Shown here piece after piece: positions 34,361 through 34,405 of a stretch of 34,405 nucleotides of DNA. The notes under the pieces were generated by a model. It saw nothing but the letters and a program-made list of their open reading frames with translations. It was not told the origin of the DNA and made no database searches. The translations under genes and the position numbers were made by a program. This DNA is from a virus (Duplodnaviria > Caudoviricetes), in the IMG/VR virus record IMGVR_UViG_3300048857_000015, positions 1 to 34,405 of that record; one strand, 5' to 3'. Each line of letters begins with the position of its first letter. Within the stretch, counting starts at the first letter, position 1.

Positions 34361-34405
34361 TGGAACCTGCGATTCTCGTCTGCGTTGTTTCCCCTGCACG
34401 GAAGG

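Larger units (their letters stand above)
128..34405 (-). mobile_element. Temperate siphovirus-like prophage next to tRNA-Lys; continues beyond the window
   Basis: Colinear terminase-portal-protease-capsid-tail-lysis operon on the minus strand, then accessory genes abutting the tRNA 3' end; att-arm-like features at 132-194. Confidence 0.93.

Noticed and set aside
1-34405. CRISPR array, retron/DGR reverse transcriptase, IS transposase or integrase
   Set aside because: No regularly spaced repeats and no RT, DDE or recombinase motifs recognised in any ORF by eye

Overview
The window is the tRNA-proximal ~34 kb of a temperate siphovirus-like prophage with an HK97-type head and a lambda/GTA-like tail. 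It sits next to an intact tRNA-Lys(UUU) at 52-127. The host is probably a GC-rich alphaproteobacterium (Rhizobiaceae-like), inferred from the alpha-type LexA box and the gene families present. From 34.4 kb down to 11.8 kb the minus strand carries an apparently complete late operon: HNH, terS, terL, portal, protease, major capsid, head-tail genes, tail tube, frameshifted tail chaperones, tape measure, tail tip, beta-helix tailspike, GH19 endolysin, holin and spanins. Three morons interrupt it: a Zn-ribbon YbjQ protein, an RxxxxH HEPN-like protein and a DUF2971/ART-like protein. Between the lysis genes and the tRNA lies an ~11.5 kb accessory region. It holds a fused CapRel-like toxSAS, a DUF3644 HEPN-like protein, an XRE/operator/HNH module, an operon of three different excisionase-like DNA-binding proteins with no integrase, a lipoprotein, a SEFIR/TIR protein, a stand-alone LigD ligase domain divergent from a LexA-boxed operon, and orphan genes. 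No integrase, CI-type repressor or replication genes were recognised; they presumably lie beyond 34405. All family calls come from recognising motifs by eye, and no database searches were run.
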